DNA of 64,000 nucleotides from positions 67,022,001 to 67,086,000 of the forward strand of contig NC_043008.1 of the NCBI RefSeq assembly GCF_006345805.1, written 5' to 3'. The position numbers were made by a program, and so were the translations under genes. This DNA is from Octopus sinensis (taxonomy: Eukaryota). The notes under the pieces are model-generated. The model was not told where the DNA came from, ran no database searches, and saw nothing but the letters and a program-made list of their open reading frames with translations. Below, piece after piece: positions 1 through 12,714 of the stretch (position 1 is its first letter; every line of letters begins with the position of its first letter).

Positions 1-43
1 AAGGTGAATTTGGGAGGTATTTTGGTCATACCTGGTAACTATC

Positions 44-263
44 TAATATTGGTTTCAAATTTTGACACAAGGCCAGCAAGTTCAGAGGAGGGGGTAAGTC
101 GAAAACATTGACCCCAATACTAGACTGGTACTGGTTTTATCAACCCCAAAATGATGATAGGCAGAGTTGACCTCAACGGAATTTGAACTCAGAATGTAAA
201 GTCGGACAAATACCACTAAGCATTTTCCCCTGTGTGCTTACAATTCTCTAGGTTCACCACCTT
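44..263 (-). mobile_element. SINE family D (head GGCGAGCTGGCAGAA-like), diverged copy with 3' tail type C
   Basis: Reverse complement of the recurrent body TTCTGAGTTCAAATTCCG..GAGGTCAAC..GGGGTC and tail CCTTGTGTCAAAATTTGAAACCA seen in many other copies in the window. Confidence 0.75.
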
Positions 264-420
264 ATGACTATCTAATATTCCCAATATACTATATTAGCCA
301 GTGTATAAGATGCGCTCTGGTATAAGACACACCCTATTTTAGAAGGATAATTAGTAGAAGGAAACAAATTTCATATATTTCATCATGTAGCTGTTGAAAG
401 ATATTTTGGTGCAGTTTTAT

Positions 421-838
421 AGGTGAGGGAAGGAAACGTTAGCACGCCAGGCGAAATGCTTGGCGATATTTCGTCTGCCACTATGTTCTGAGTTCAAATT
501 CCACCAAGGTGGACTTTGCCTTTCATCGTTTCGGGGTCGATTAAATAAGTACCAGTTACACACTGGGATCGATATAATCGACTTAATTCGTTTGTCTGTC
601 CTTGTTTGTCCTCTCTGTGTTTAGCTCATTGTGGGTAGTAAAGAAATAGGTATTTCGTCTGTCGCTACGTTTTGAGTTCAAATTCCGCCAAGGCCGACTT
701 TGCCTTTCATCCTTTCGGGGTCGATTAAATAAATACCAGTTATGCACTGGAGTCGATATAATCAACTTAATCCGTTTGTCTGTCCTTGTTTGTCCGCTCT
801 GTGTTTAGCCCCTTGTGAGTAGTAAAGAAATAGGTATT
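421..838 (+). mobile_element. SINE family D with two tandem 184-bp body units and the start of a third
   Basis: Units begin at 466, 650 and 834 ((G/A)TATT...), each ending GTAAAGAAATAG. Confidence 0.85.
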
Positions 839-1059
839 ATGCATACAAAATTCAATATTTTGACAGAACACTAGAATAAAATATGAAACGACAAATTTAT
901 CATAAAGAAACTACATTATGGGAGTCTCATGCTTCAACTTTATCTTATTCAGATCAACTGTACAGTTGTATATATTTTGGTCAAGAGTATTTATATAGGA
1001 TTTAAATACCTCATATTTTTGGCTGTAGTGTTTTCTGTTATCCCAATCAGCCACTGAGG

Positions 1060-1410
1060 TGGTACACCAGTTAACTGGCGTTTGTGCCGGTGGCACATAA
1101 AAGGCACCATTCGAGCTTGATCATTACCAGCACTTACTGGCACTTGTGCCAGTGTGCAGGTGACATATAAAAACAAAACACCATTTGAGAGTGGCCGTTA
1201 CCAGTACCGCCTGACTGGCCCTCATGCCGGTGGCACGTAAGAGCTCCCACTACACTCTCAGAGTGGTTGGTGTTAGGAAGGGCATCCAGCTGTAGAAACT
1301 GCCAGATCAAGATTGGACCCTGGTGCAGCAATGTGGTTCGCCAGCCCTCAGTCAAATCATCCAACCCATGCTAGCATGGAAAGTGGACGTTAAACAATGA
1401 TGATGATGTT
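1060..1410 (+). mobile_element. Retroposon family C with (ATG)n tail
   Basis: GGAAGGGCATCCAGCTGTAGAAAC...CCAACCCATGCTAGCATGGAAAGTGGACGTTAAACAATGATGATGATG; homologues at 30832-31070 (-), 37300-37520, 62280-62635 and 23370-23640 (-). Confidence 0.7.
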
Positions 1411-2084
1411 GTCATCCACTCATTGCAAATAGCTGACAGAAAATTTGTTAGTGTGTTTATATCCCCATAACTTAGTGGTTTGGCAAGAGAGACAGATAGA
1501 ATAAGTACCAGGCTTTAAAAAATAAGCACAGAGATTGATTCATTCAACTAAAAATTCTTCAGGGCAGTGGTCCAGCATGGCCACAATCTAATGACTGAAA
1601 CAAGTGGAAGATAAAAGATTCCTTTCAACTTTCTAGGAGAATATTTTTGTTTAAATAATTAAACAAATGTTTCTTAAAGGTAACACAGTCATATAATAAT
1701 GCAAGACATATGTTAGATGTAGTTAATATACACTGGGGAAGGAGATACAATGAGATGATGTGACCTCCTCACACTACTGCTGACATACTGTAAGCAATTT
1801 TTCATAAGTATGTGCTAACAGACTGTGATATTTTGGCTTCTTTTCAATATTTAATTATTAGTAACAATTACTGTGCTTAATAGACTGATGGTCCTCCAGC
1901 TCCCTCACCTTTGACACTTGGGTTCCCAGCCATCATATGGCTGCATTAAACAGTGTTTAATGCAGCCATATATTGGCTGGGAACATTTAAAAAGAAAAAC
2001 TACATGTTTTATATACAAGTAAATACAAGTAAATATTATGTAGTCTTAAGAGCGGAAAGTTTGGTTTATGCAGTTGAAATACTA

Positions 2085-2570
2085 TTCTTTTATTCTTTTA
2101 CTTGTATCGGTCATTTGGCTGTGGCTGTGCTGGAGCACCACCTTGAAGGGTTTTAGCCAAACAAATCGACCCCAGGACTTATTTTTCTAAGCCTGATACT
2201 TATTCTATCAGTCTCTTTTGTCAAACTGCTAAGTTACAGCGATGTAAACACACCAACATCGGTTGTCCAGCAGTGATTGGGGGACAAACACAGACATGCA
2301 CACACTTAGATGCATACATATATTTATTTCTTTATTGCTTACAGGGGGCTAAACATAAAGGGGACAAACAAGGACAGACAAGGGGATTAAGTCGATTACA
2401 TCGACCCCAGTGATTAACTGGTACTTATTTAATCGACCCCAAAAGGATGAAAGGCATTGGTCACCCTGAGGCTATAGTAGAAGACACTTGCCCAAGGTGC
2501 CATGCAGTGGGACTGAACCTGGAACCATGTGGTTGGGAAGCAAGCTTCTTACTACACAGCCATGCCTGTA
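2085..2570 (-). mobile_element. SINE family A (3' part and head) interrupted by a family D tail fragment (about 2325-2455)
   Basis: Matches reverse complement of the family A copy at 4387-4762; internal block matches the family D terminal unit. Confidence 0.7.
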
Positions 2571-2959
2571 TCTATGCTTGCAAAAAGGAAAAGTGTTGTC
2601 ACCACTGGCACATATTTAGATGCAGAATTTTTCAGTCTGGGCTGAACTGGATCAAACACACAACAATAACAACAGGAATTAACTGGTTTGGCAGGATTTA
2701 AACTTGGAATGAGGAAGAAACAACTAAATATAGCAAGGGTTATGATTTAGCAAGATATTTTACCATTGCACGGTCGTTATTGTTTTTTTTTTCATGGCTT
2801 TGATTATTTGGCAAATAAAAATTAATCAATTTGTCATCGATATTACTAATAAAATTCATGTAGTAAAAATGTAAAGTAATATCGTTTTATAGAAGATGAT
2901 GTGGAACTTTATTCTAATAAAAATTCTCATCTATTTTCATGAATACATACGCACAAATG

Positions 2960-2992
2960 CATGTGTGCTTGATTGTTTCTGTGTGTGTGTGA

Positions 2993-3026
<34 letters not shown>

Positions 3027-3640
3027 TTGTGTGTGTGATAGTATGTGTGTGATTGTTTGTGTGTGTGTTGAGCTCCACACTTTGTCTTTGTACATCCATC
3101 ACTTCAGAGATGTTCACTATTTCTGGTGCAACCCAAGGAGTAGTAACACGCAGCTTTAAGTTTCTGGACTTTAAACACACTGAAACTGTGTTGATTGTAG
3201 TCTCCATGGCTGATGACAGGATTTCCATATTTATTCATTCTTTTCCAATAATTATTTCTATATTCCATCTTGATTTTCATTGACTTGCACATACATACAA
3301 TGTATGTATGTATGTGTGTGCAAGTCAATGAAAATCAAGATGGAATGTAGACATACGTATGTATGTATGTGTGTATGTATGTATGTGTGTATGTGTGTGT
3401 ATGTGTGTGTGTGTGTGTATGTATGTGTGTGTGTATGTGTGTGTGTGTGCATGTGTGTGTAGATGAATGAAAATCAAATGTATGTATGTATTATCTTTGT
3501 ATGTATATGTGTGTGTGTGTAGATAAATGAAAATCAAATGTATGCGTGTATGCACGTACGTGTGTGTATTATGTATGCATGTATGTATGTATATGTGTGT
3601 GTATGTATCTGTTTATTTATGTTTGTATGTATGTGTGTAA
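2960..3640. repeat. Compound (GT)n/(GTAT)n microsatellite with interspersed AATGAAAATCAA motif
   Basis: Direct reading; motif at about 3327, 3466 and 3526 and inverted at about 3270. Confidence 0.9.
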
Positions 3641-4046
3641 AGAAAACAAATATATTAAATGAATATTATCAGTAACTAAATGAAAAATTTTGATACATTA
3701 AAGTATAGAATTTTGTTTTTATAACAGAAACAAATATTCTGGACCAAAACAAAAATGATTTCTTCTTTCTAGAATCTTTAACAGGAAATAATCTGATAAT
3801 GGAAGTTAGACCACAAAATTCTTTGATTTATAAAATACAAAAAAATTTTGATTTCCAGACGTCAAGATCTGATTTCACAAATATAGAAGTAGACATTGAA
3901 AGTGTATTTCAAACCACATACTCTTTACAGAAAATAGTGGTTAACAGAGAGATAAAACCATTCCAGGATATATTCCATACATTTATATTGTAAAAAATAT
4001 TGATTCTCCATTTTATTGAACTGAGGTTTTTCACCTTGTGCATAAT

Positions 4047-4090
<44 letters not shown>

Positions 4091-4093
<3 letters not shown>

Positions 4094-4358
4094 GAAATTT
4101 AGAGGAATGACCACTAAAGTGGACACCCCATATGCTAAACATAGACGTCAAATTGCCATTACCACAAAGAATATGTTCTCAAAAAAAATCTCAGTGAAAA
4201 AACCAAAATGTATATTTTCATTTGTCTTGCTTATTTTTACATTTTGGTTTTTTGCTGAGATTTTTCTTGAGAACACATTCTTCATGGTAATGGTGATTTG
4301 ATGTCTATGTTTAGCATATGGGGTGTCCACTTTAGTGGTCATTCCTCTAAATTTTGTA
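4091..4358. mobile_element. Palindromic MITE/foldback element flanked by TA
   Basis: TACGAAATTTAGAGGAATGACCACTAAAGTGGACACCCCATATGCTAAAC at left is mirrored by GTTTAGCATATGGGGTGTCCACTTTAGTGGTCATTCCTCTAAATTTTGTA at right; arms about 120 bp. Confidence 0.85.
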
Positions 4359-4386
4359 TGTAACAGTTTTTAATCTTCAGATTTTT

Positions 4387-4762
4387 AGGCGCAGGAGTGG
4401 CTGTGTGGTAAGTAGCTTGCTAACCAACCACATGGTTCTGGGTTCAGTCCCACTGTGTGGCATCTTGGGCAAGTGTCTTCTTCTATAGCCCCAGGCCAAC
4501 CAATGCCTTGTGAGTGGATTTGGTAGACAGAAACTGAAAGAAGCCTGTCGTATATATGTGTATATATATATATGTATGTGTGTCTGTGTTTGTCCCCCTA
4601 GCATTGCTTGACAACTGATGCTGGTGTGTTTACGTCCCCGTCACTTAGCGGTTCGGCAAAAGAAACCGATAGAATAAGTACTGGGCTTACAAAGAATAAG
4701 TCCCAGGGTCGATTTGCTCGACTAAAAGGCGGTCAAATGACTGAAACAAGTAAAAGAGAAAG
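4387..4762 (+). mobile_element. SINE family A, near full length (tRNA-like head, internal microsatellite)
   Basis: GGCGCAGGAGTGGCTGTGTGGTAAG head, GGTTCAGTCC B-box-like motif, CTTGGGCAAGTGTC core, GACTGAAACAAGTAAAAGAG tail. Confidence 0.85.
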
Positions 4763-5814
4763 AGTATATGCTAAGCCACTGGTTTTAATTGATTAATGTC
4801 AATTTCTGCCCTTATTATTTAATTGATATATATATTTATTTAATTGATATATATATATGCTTAGGCATAGTGAGACTAATAACCTGGTGTAGAACTAAAT
4901 ATACATATGTTTCAGAACAAAACATCAGATGAGAATAAAGTGGTAATAAGAAGAAACAGAGGACACTAGAAAAAATAAGGGTTATGTAATGAACTTCATG
5001 AGCTTACAGCTGTTTCTGCTATGAAATGTATTTCAAATAACATTCTCTTTACATGTGTGTTTGTGTGTGTGTGTTTAAATGTTATATAGGGTAAAGAGTA
5101 AAGACCCACTCTGGTCATGAGTAACCATGGGATTGCACCTAGAAGGTTTCTCTCCGAGGCACAATTTCAGGCAAGGTTGTTTATGGAAGACCAGCAGTTG
5201 CCCATGCATACCAGCCTTCCATCTCCATGCCACTGATGTTGTCCAAAGAAAAGGCGCTAGTGACATTGCAACTCATTTCTACAGCTGAGTGAACTGGAGC
5301 AATGTGAAATAAAGTGTCTTGCTTTAAAGCACAACACACAGCCCGGTCTGGGAATCAAACTCACTACTTCTTGATTGTGAGCCCAATGCTCTGGTGCTTC
5401 TTTAGTATGCAATCACCTGCAGAACCCATAGGCTTTGTAGTGAAATTACCTAATCTTGGTTGGGGTTAGGGTTTAAAGTTAGGATTAGGATTAGGGTTAG
5501 GGTTAGAATTAGGATTAGAATTAAACTGCACATTAAAGTGTAAATGGTCATGTAGACTGCATACTAACATGTAAATGGCCAAGTAAATCACACACCAAAG
5601 TGGTACCTATCATATACTCTCCAATTTTTTGATTAAATTTATTTCATATGTATGCAAAACAGAGAATATACATAGATAGTAATTGTGTATTGATGTAACT
5701 TTTATTAATTTACAATGTCATTCTAAGGTTTTTCAATATAATGTCAATAAGAGTTCTTATTAGCATTACATGAAATACAGCAAGATAGTGATTTGGTAGA
5801 ATTCTTTTCCAAAC

Positions 5815-6105
5815 ATAGCCAGGCTCATGAGCCCAGTTTCCCGGTTTCTGTGGCGTATGTGTTCCCCTCAGCTGGACGGGACGCCAGTCTATCGCAGCGT
5901 TACTCAAGAAACAGGAAGAGAGAGTGGGAGAAAGTTGTGGTGAAAGAGTACAACAGGGGTTGTCACCGACCCCCCTGCCAGAGCCTCGTGGAGCTTTTAG
6001 GTGTTTTCGCTCAATAAACACACACAACGTCCAGTCTGGGAATCGAAATCGTGATCTTCCGATCACAAGTCTGCTGCCCTAATTACTGGGCCATTGTGCC
6101 TCCAC
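5815..6105 (-). mobile_element. tRNA-derived SINE family B
   Basis: Minus strand starts GGAGGCACAATGGCCCAGT and has a GATTTCGATTCC B-box-like motif; homologues at 39855-40163, 52495-52685 and a head-only copy at 38819-38900. Confidence 0.8.
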
Positions 6106-7132
6106 AGAATTCTTATAGTGTCAGGCAAAAAAAAATTGGAGTATTTCTTCTGACTTTCTACATTTTGAGTTCAAATACTGCTAAGGTCAACTTTGCCTTT
6201 TGTCCACCTGGGATGGATAAAATAAAGTAACAGTCAAGTACTGAGTTTGTAATATTTATTGTGTGGAACAAAGGAGGGGGGGGGGAGAGAGGGAGAGAGA
6301 GAGCACTGATGTATAGGTTTGAGTTTTAGGAAGCAGATTTCCACTTTCAGCTATTTTATATGAGCATTTCTTTTGGCCAAATTCCATTCCTATATCAGTT
6401 GAAATTGTTATTTAATCCAGCTGTTTCTCAACATTATAAATCTTCTCAGTATAGATCTTTAGATTGTCTTACAAAGAAAGAATGTGTTACATTAATTTAA
6501 AATCAATGGCAAGTGATTTTAGTGCCAAAATAAACAGGGATACAGGGATATCTTGTAAATTTCCTTCTGAAAGATTTATGACACCAGAGACATGTTTTCT
6601 CTACTGGTGAGTCTTTCAATGACAGCAAGTGGGAAAGCAAGTACTTTTGTCAAGTACAGTGATTCCATCAATCATACTAACACGAGGTTCTGTTGATGTT
6701 TTCTGACTTCAGGCAGCTCAGATTTATAAATCAAAAGTTGTATTACACATTGCCATATTCCTTTCTTTCCACCTGCCTACTTGTCACTTACTAACTTGTT
6801 GGAATCACAATGGTCCATGAGGAAATCATTTAAACAGCTTGCAAGAACTTTTACATAATGTTTAAGCAGTAGCTCTATGGTTTTCTGTCAAGTCAGTGGT
6901 TTCATTCTTGGTTACAAGATTTTTCCGTGCTACAACAGATCAGTTTGGTTGTATCAGCTTCCATAGATCCTTTGAACATAAATTTGTGTAACATTCAGAA
7001 CGACCTTAACATCATGTGCTGTATGTAAGTGCATTTGTTTGTATGTATGTGTGTGTGTGTGTGGTGTGTGTGTGTGTGTGTGTGTGTGTGTGCATGCATG
7101 CATGCATGTATGTATGTATGTATGTATGTATG

Positions 7133-7161
<29 letters not shown>

Positions 7162-7164
<3 letters not shown>

Positions 7165-7317
7165 CAAAAATTCCTTTGGAAACAATTCAAACTTTGTACA
7201 AGTTCATACCTCATAGAATTCAAGGTTTAATTACTGCCAAAGGAGGTTCTACCTCATATTAAAATAAATTTGTTTTGAAATTTTAAGGTGTTTCCATTAT
7301 TTTGTTCAACCCCTGTA
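7162..7317 (+). mobile_element. Tc1-family 3' fragment with right TIR
   Basis: Matches 19365-19470 and ends GTGTTTCCATTATTTTGTTCAACCCCTG-TA, the reverse complement of the left TIR at 18243. Confidence 0.85.
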
Positions 7318-7339
7318 TATATACACATACATCTTTCAG

Positions 7340-7527
7340 TTCTCTGCAGCCATGCTGGAGCACTGCCTTTAGTCGAACAAATCGACCTCAGGACTTAGTC
7401 TTTTAAATCTAGTACTTATTGTATCAGTTTCTTTTGCCAAACCGCTAAGTTACAGGGACATAAACACACCAACATCAGATGTCAAGCGATGGTGGGGTAG
7501 AGAGGCAAACAAAGACACACAAACATT

Positions 7528-7579
<52 letters not shown>

Positions 7580-7742
7580 CGATGGGCTTCTTTCAGTTTC
7601 CATCTACCAAATCCACTCACAAGACTTTGGTCGGCCTGAGGCTATAGTAGAAGGCACTTGCTGAAAGTGCTACACAGTGGGGCTGAACCTGGAACCATGT
7701 TGTTGGTAAGCAAGCTACTTACCACACAGCCAAGCAAAAGTA
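7340..7742 (-). mobile_element. SINE family A
   Basis: Reverse complement of 4387-4762. Confidence 0.8.
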
Positions 7743-7935
7743 ACCGAGTGACTCAAGCTCTGAGAGCTTCATGCATTGGCGCTTATCAAACTAGTCACAA
7801 AAGTAACACTTATCAAAATAGTTTGATAAATGCCAACTCTTGAACTTTGAGTCACTCTCATGCTTCCGCTTAATATAAATAAAAATATACATATGCTCAT
7901 ATTTTGAATTCTATTTTTATTGTTTGCCTACACAC

Positions 7936-7988
<53 letters not shown>

Positions 7989-8284
7989 ACTAGTTTCAAT
8001 TTCTGTCTACCAAATCCACTCACAAGGCTTTGGTCACATGGACTAGACTCAGAGATATATGATTGAGAAGGAAACTTTTCACCACATAGCCATACCTATA
8101 TATATATATATAGGCTGATTCACTGGTGTAAAGGTGAAACACTTAGTCACATTAACAAAGGAATGTGTGTTCGACTCCTATGCAGATGGAAAATCCTTTT
8201 AAACGGCGATGCATCAGCATGGCCACAGCTCTGAGCTGAAACTTTAAAAAAAATATATATATATTCAAGTATGAATTACAAGCT

Positions 8285-8811
8285 GTGCTAGTGTTGTAAA
8301 CATTATTGACCACTCATACTCAATGCATACAAACATTTTGTTTGCCAGTAGGCTGCAAATTAGCACAGTGGTGATGACTCCAGCAAAGTGCCAGGTGTTA
8401 AAATACCTGAAAGTCATGAACCGACAAGACTGAATCCAATTCAGGATCAATAGACATCAATGTTCCGCCTTTTTTATGGCTTATCAACATCACATACCTG
8501 AACCGAATCAGAAGCAAACTGAATTGCCAGTTTATGACTATATATAAACAGTGTAAAGACCATTTGCTGGTATGCCCCAATGATACGTACATGAGAATAA
8601 ATTCAAATATCTATTAGAAGCAGTGCTAGAGTTGTAAACATTATCAACCACACATATTCAATATACACACCTTACTTGTTTGTCAGTAGGCTGCGAACTA
8701 GTGTGGTGAGGATGACACCCTCAAAGCGCCAAGTGTTACAACATTTGAAAATCATGGACAGGCAAGACACCTCACTCCAAATGTTATTTGGGAGTGATAG
8801 ACATCAATGTT
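8285..8811. repeat. Diverged local direct duplication (8285-8464 and 8623-8811)
   Basis: GTGCTAG(T/A)GTTGTAAACATTAT...CAGTAGGCTGC...ATAGACATCAATGTT occurs twice, about 338 bp apart. Confidence 0.8.
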
Positions 8812-11345
8812 TTGCTATAGTTATAGACTGGTAATTCAGTTCACCTCCAATTCAGTTCTGGTATGTGATGTTGATATGCCACGAAAATAGACAGACAGAC
8901 AGACAGACTGCTAGATAGTCAGAATTCCAGTTACATTATATCAGTAATTCCTTTGCTATAAAAATATGACTGTTTCAGTTTCTTTCCTTTTTATCTTACT
9001 GTTTAATTAAATTTAAATCGAATGTAAATCAGATTCTCTTAATGTTTGTTGTCTTCCATCCCCTACGAAATTGTCTGCAAACAACATTGACTTCCAGTTT
9101 TAGGTTGAAGTTATTTGATTTGCTCTCACACTCTGTTTTTGATCTTGTTCTCCTCCTCCTCCTTTTATTCATTTATGTTATTATATATTTTTTTTCATTA
9201 TGGGGTTATTTCAATAAAATTATATACTAGTTCACTATATAGATATAGTGCTTTATTACAGATAAAATATTCCAAAATGCTAATTTTAATTCAGAATTAC
9301 AAAACAAAAACCGAATATTTCAATGAATTCTTAAAAATGAAAGAAAGACAGAAAGAAAGAAAGAGAGAAAGAAACTCAACCGAAAACAAACATGGCTGCA
9401 ATTGTCTTTCATTTTTCTTTCACATCTTTTTACCCTTTGGTTTTTTGTGTTTTTTTTTTGTTTTTCTTGCGAAGATTTGAAAATTAAAATAGAAATTAAT
9501 GGAAAAGATTGGGAAATATAAAAGAAGAATCGATAAAATTGTTCCTGTTATAGCATTGTTCTACAATGGAGTGCACCTAGCAACCAATTTCGTATGTCTA
9601 AGCATGTGTTTATAGGAGATGCGACCGATTGAATAGGCAAAGTGCCACCTACAGGTTTCAAGTATATAAGTGGACAGACTGAAATTGTGGCTTCCACCTG
9701 GGGCCGTATTCATATAAAAGACTCCTTAACTCTCTCTCTCTCTCTCTCTCTCTTTTCTTGGCTCAGTTCACTAAACTGTTAATAAAATGGGTTGCACTAG
9801 GGTTTTGAACTTAGCCCTTCACCAGGTTTAACACCACCACAAGGTCCTTATGTTGTCTTTAGCAGAATCAATATATTTGCAAGTAATCAAGAGCAGGTCC
9901 CCACTTTGAGGAAAATTCAATATTTAAATGATACACTGATTCCTGATTTACATTCAATTTAAATTTAATTAAAAGCAATAATTGTATGATAAAAAGGAAA
10001 GAAACTATAATATATATATTTTTACAGTAAAGGTTAATTTTAGTTATAAATGACCTTGAGGCTTTCATTGCCCTGCCTCTATCTTTTCATTCCTTTTCTC
10101 CACTGTTAAGAGAGTAAGAAAAATAAGAAGGAAAGAAGATCAATCGTATACAATTTCTAAAGGTTTTAAAAGGAACACAGACCAACCAATCTCATGATCT
10201 TCAGTTATGTTGTACTGAGGAGTCCACAATAAGGGTGAAATGGTGCTATCTACAATGACTAGGACACTTAAAAAGAAAAAATAAAGGATAATATGGAAAT
10301 ATTATCTCATATGCTCTGTCACTCATAAAAAAAGATCTCACATAATTTTAAAAAATTATAAACCCTGAAGTGCTTCTCTCCCCATAAAGGGAATCTTTGT
10401 CCTATCTTCTATTTTTTAGTAAACACTCTCTCTCCCTCTCCCTCTCTCTCTCTCTCTCTCTTCCTCTCTTACTCTGAAAGTACTGAAGATGGCAGTAACA
10501 ACAGTCCCCAGTCCAATTTTCCTGCATGTGAGTTATAACATAATTGGAAACCAACCAGCCAGCCAGCCAGCTTGCCTGACTTCTCATCTGACTGCCTGTG
10601 TGCCTGCCTAACTTCCTCTCTGCCTGCCTAGTAACCCATGGTTAGTAGCTTCTTCCTCTTTGCCACTCCATCAAAGGGCACAGATGCAACCTTTTCTTCT
10701 TTGGCCAAACCATAAAATACCTCCATCTTTCCAGTTGATTGAAAAACTAAGTTGTCTATACAAGCATATGTACATACATATATGAATGCACACACACACA
10801 CACATTCATACATACATGCATGCTTATACATACATTCATACACACACACATGCATACATACATATAGATGGTACTCACATTCATATTTAACAGAACTATG
10901 AATGGTCAAACTGATGTGTCATACACAGTAGAATCTTGTAGCCAGGAATCAAACCACTGTCTTAGCAGAAAATTATAACTGCTTAAATATTATGTTTTTA
11001 GAAACTGTGTAATGATGCCCTCCAGGATCATTGCCAGTCCAACAAGGTAGTTAATCAAACACAATGCACAATACAGGAAAGAATAGTAGCAGTAGGATGG
11101 GCATGTTTGTATACACACAGAAGAAGGAAAATGAAAGTACTTGGAGCAATGATGAACAACAGATCACTGTCTATAATTGAATGGTGTTTCTTCTAAGTTG
11201 AAGTTATATCAACAGCTTGATTTAAAAGTTTATGATTTAAAAATTGGGATGCAGTATTTCATTAAGTGAAGATTTGAAAATTGAAATAGAAATTAATGTT
11301 CCCTGTCTAATAAAAATAATATATATACTCCATTTTATGTACTTA

Positions 11346-11530
11346 TTAAGGTTATCTTTACAGATATTCTATAGAAATTATAGCTAGCACTGACTTTTGT
11401 TACATTTTTTATCCAAGATGTCAGATGTAAAGAAACAAACAAACGTGTGACATCTTGGACATGAAACATCGTAACAAAAATCAGTGCTGGCTATAATTCA
11501 TATAGAAAATATTTGTCAAGTTAACCTTAA
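11346..11530. mobile_element. Foldback MITE with TTAA at both ends
   Basis: TTAAGGTT...TATAGCTAGCACTGAC...CCAAGATGTCA mirrored by TGACATCTTGG...TCAGTGCTGGCTATA...AACCTTAA. Confidence 0.75.
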
Positions 11531-12714
11531 AAGGTGATTAAACAATGAGTGGGGATGAAGAGTAGAGCATCAGATCAAGTGGCTGTGAGTTTGTAACCTT
11601 CAAAGTTCAAACAGTTGTGTGGCTGGTTAACTTGTATTTTCATGGGATTGGTGTTGGCATACATAGAGAGAGAGAGAGAGAGAGAGAGAGGTAAATGGAT
11701 GGGTGGATTTATATATTTATATTATTTATATTGGTCAGTGACTCAAGGAGCAAGAATTTTGTGCCAAAACACTTCCAAAACTCAAATCGAATTTGTTGAA
11801 GGTTTCAACATGAAACTCTAGACCTTTAAGTCACTCCTGTGTTTTCCATCTAATAAAGATAATAATTTTATGTACTGAAATCTATATAGCTCTCTCTGTG
11901 AAGCCAAACTTTTATTAATGTGTATGTGTATGTGTGGGTAGGTATGTGGATTTACATGGTTTTGTGCGTGTGTGTGTGTGTTCATGTGTGTTTGTGTGAC
12001 TTTGAGAAATTCTGTAGACTCTGTCCATTTACAAACAGGTCAATGAGGTGTGATCTCTGCAAAATTTCATATTATCTGTTTGTCAACCTTGCAAATGACT
12101 GACTAGGAACAGAAAGTATTAGCCAGCAACAACTTCCTCTATTGGATATAATGTCATTTCCTACTAATCAGCTTTAAGAGATAAACTCCTTAGATGTCAA
12201 TCAAATCTTTGCACTCATTAATCATTGGTTCAAGAGCCACAAATACAATATCCACAACCCTTATTTATATCTCTACTCACAATTGAACACAGTTCATTCT
12301 AGTGTGAATTGTCTTAATCACTGCCAAGTTGTGTGCAACGCTGCTAACATGAGAATTTTCAACAGCATTAAACATAATAATTGTCTGCTTGGTGGCCTTC
12401 CGATCCAAGAAAAACAGTTCTGCAATTTCTTTTTGAACAACCAACACAGGTGATTTGTTTATAGTGATCAAAAGTTTGTACTGCACACAAACTCAGTAAC
12501 TCCATCAAATCGACAGTGTATGTACAGGTGAATGGTATGCCATGTATCAGATGTGAAAGTAATTGCAGTGTAACATGAGATAAAGTGTTTCACTTATAAT
12601 TACACTGTGAATTGTGTGTGTATATATATATATTATATATATATATATACTGCTTGAGTCGTCTAAGAGACCATAAGTCAGGGAGAAGATGCCCTAGTAT
12701 AACTGTTAGTAGAG

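Noticed and set aside
5460-5522. Degenerate TTAGGG-like tract (a C-rich counterpart lies near 63783-63810)
   Set aside because: Short and imperfect; ordinary simple repeat, not evidence of a telomere or fusion site.
10628-10909. Minus-strand ORF containing VPFDG, superficially like the Cys-loop FPFD motif
   Set aside because: No flanking cysteines or other Cys-loop residues; half the ORF is microsatellite.
12277-12486. 69-aa minus-strand ORF ending near a GTGAGT donor
   Set aside because: No similarity to the receptor; shares TTTGATCACTATAAACAAATCA with the SINE at about 52070, so it is repeat-derived.
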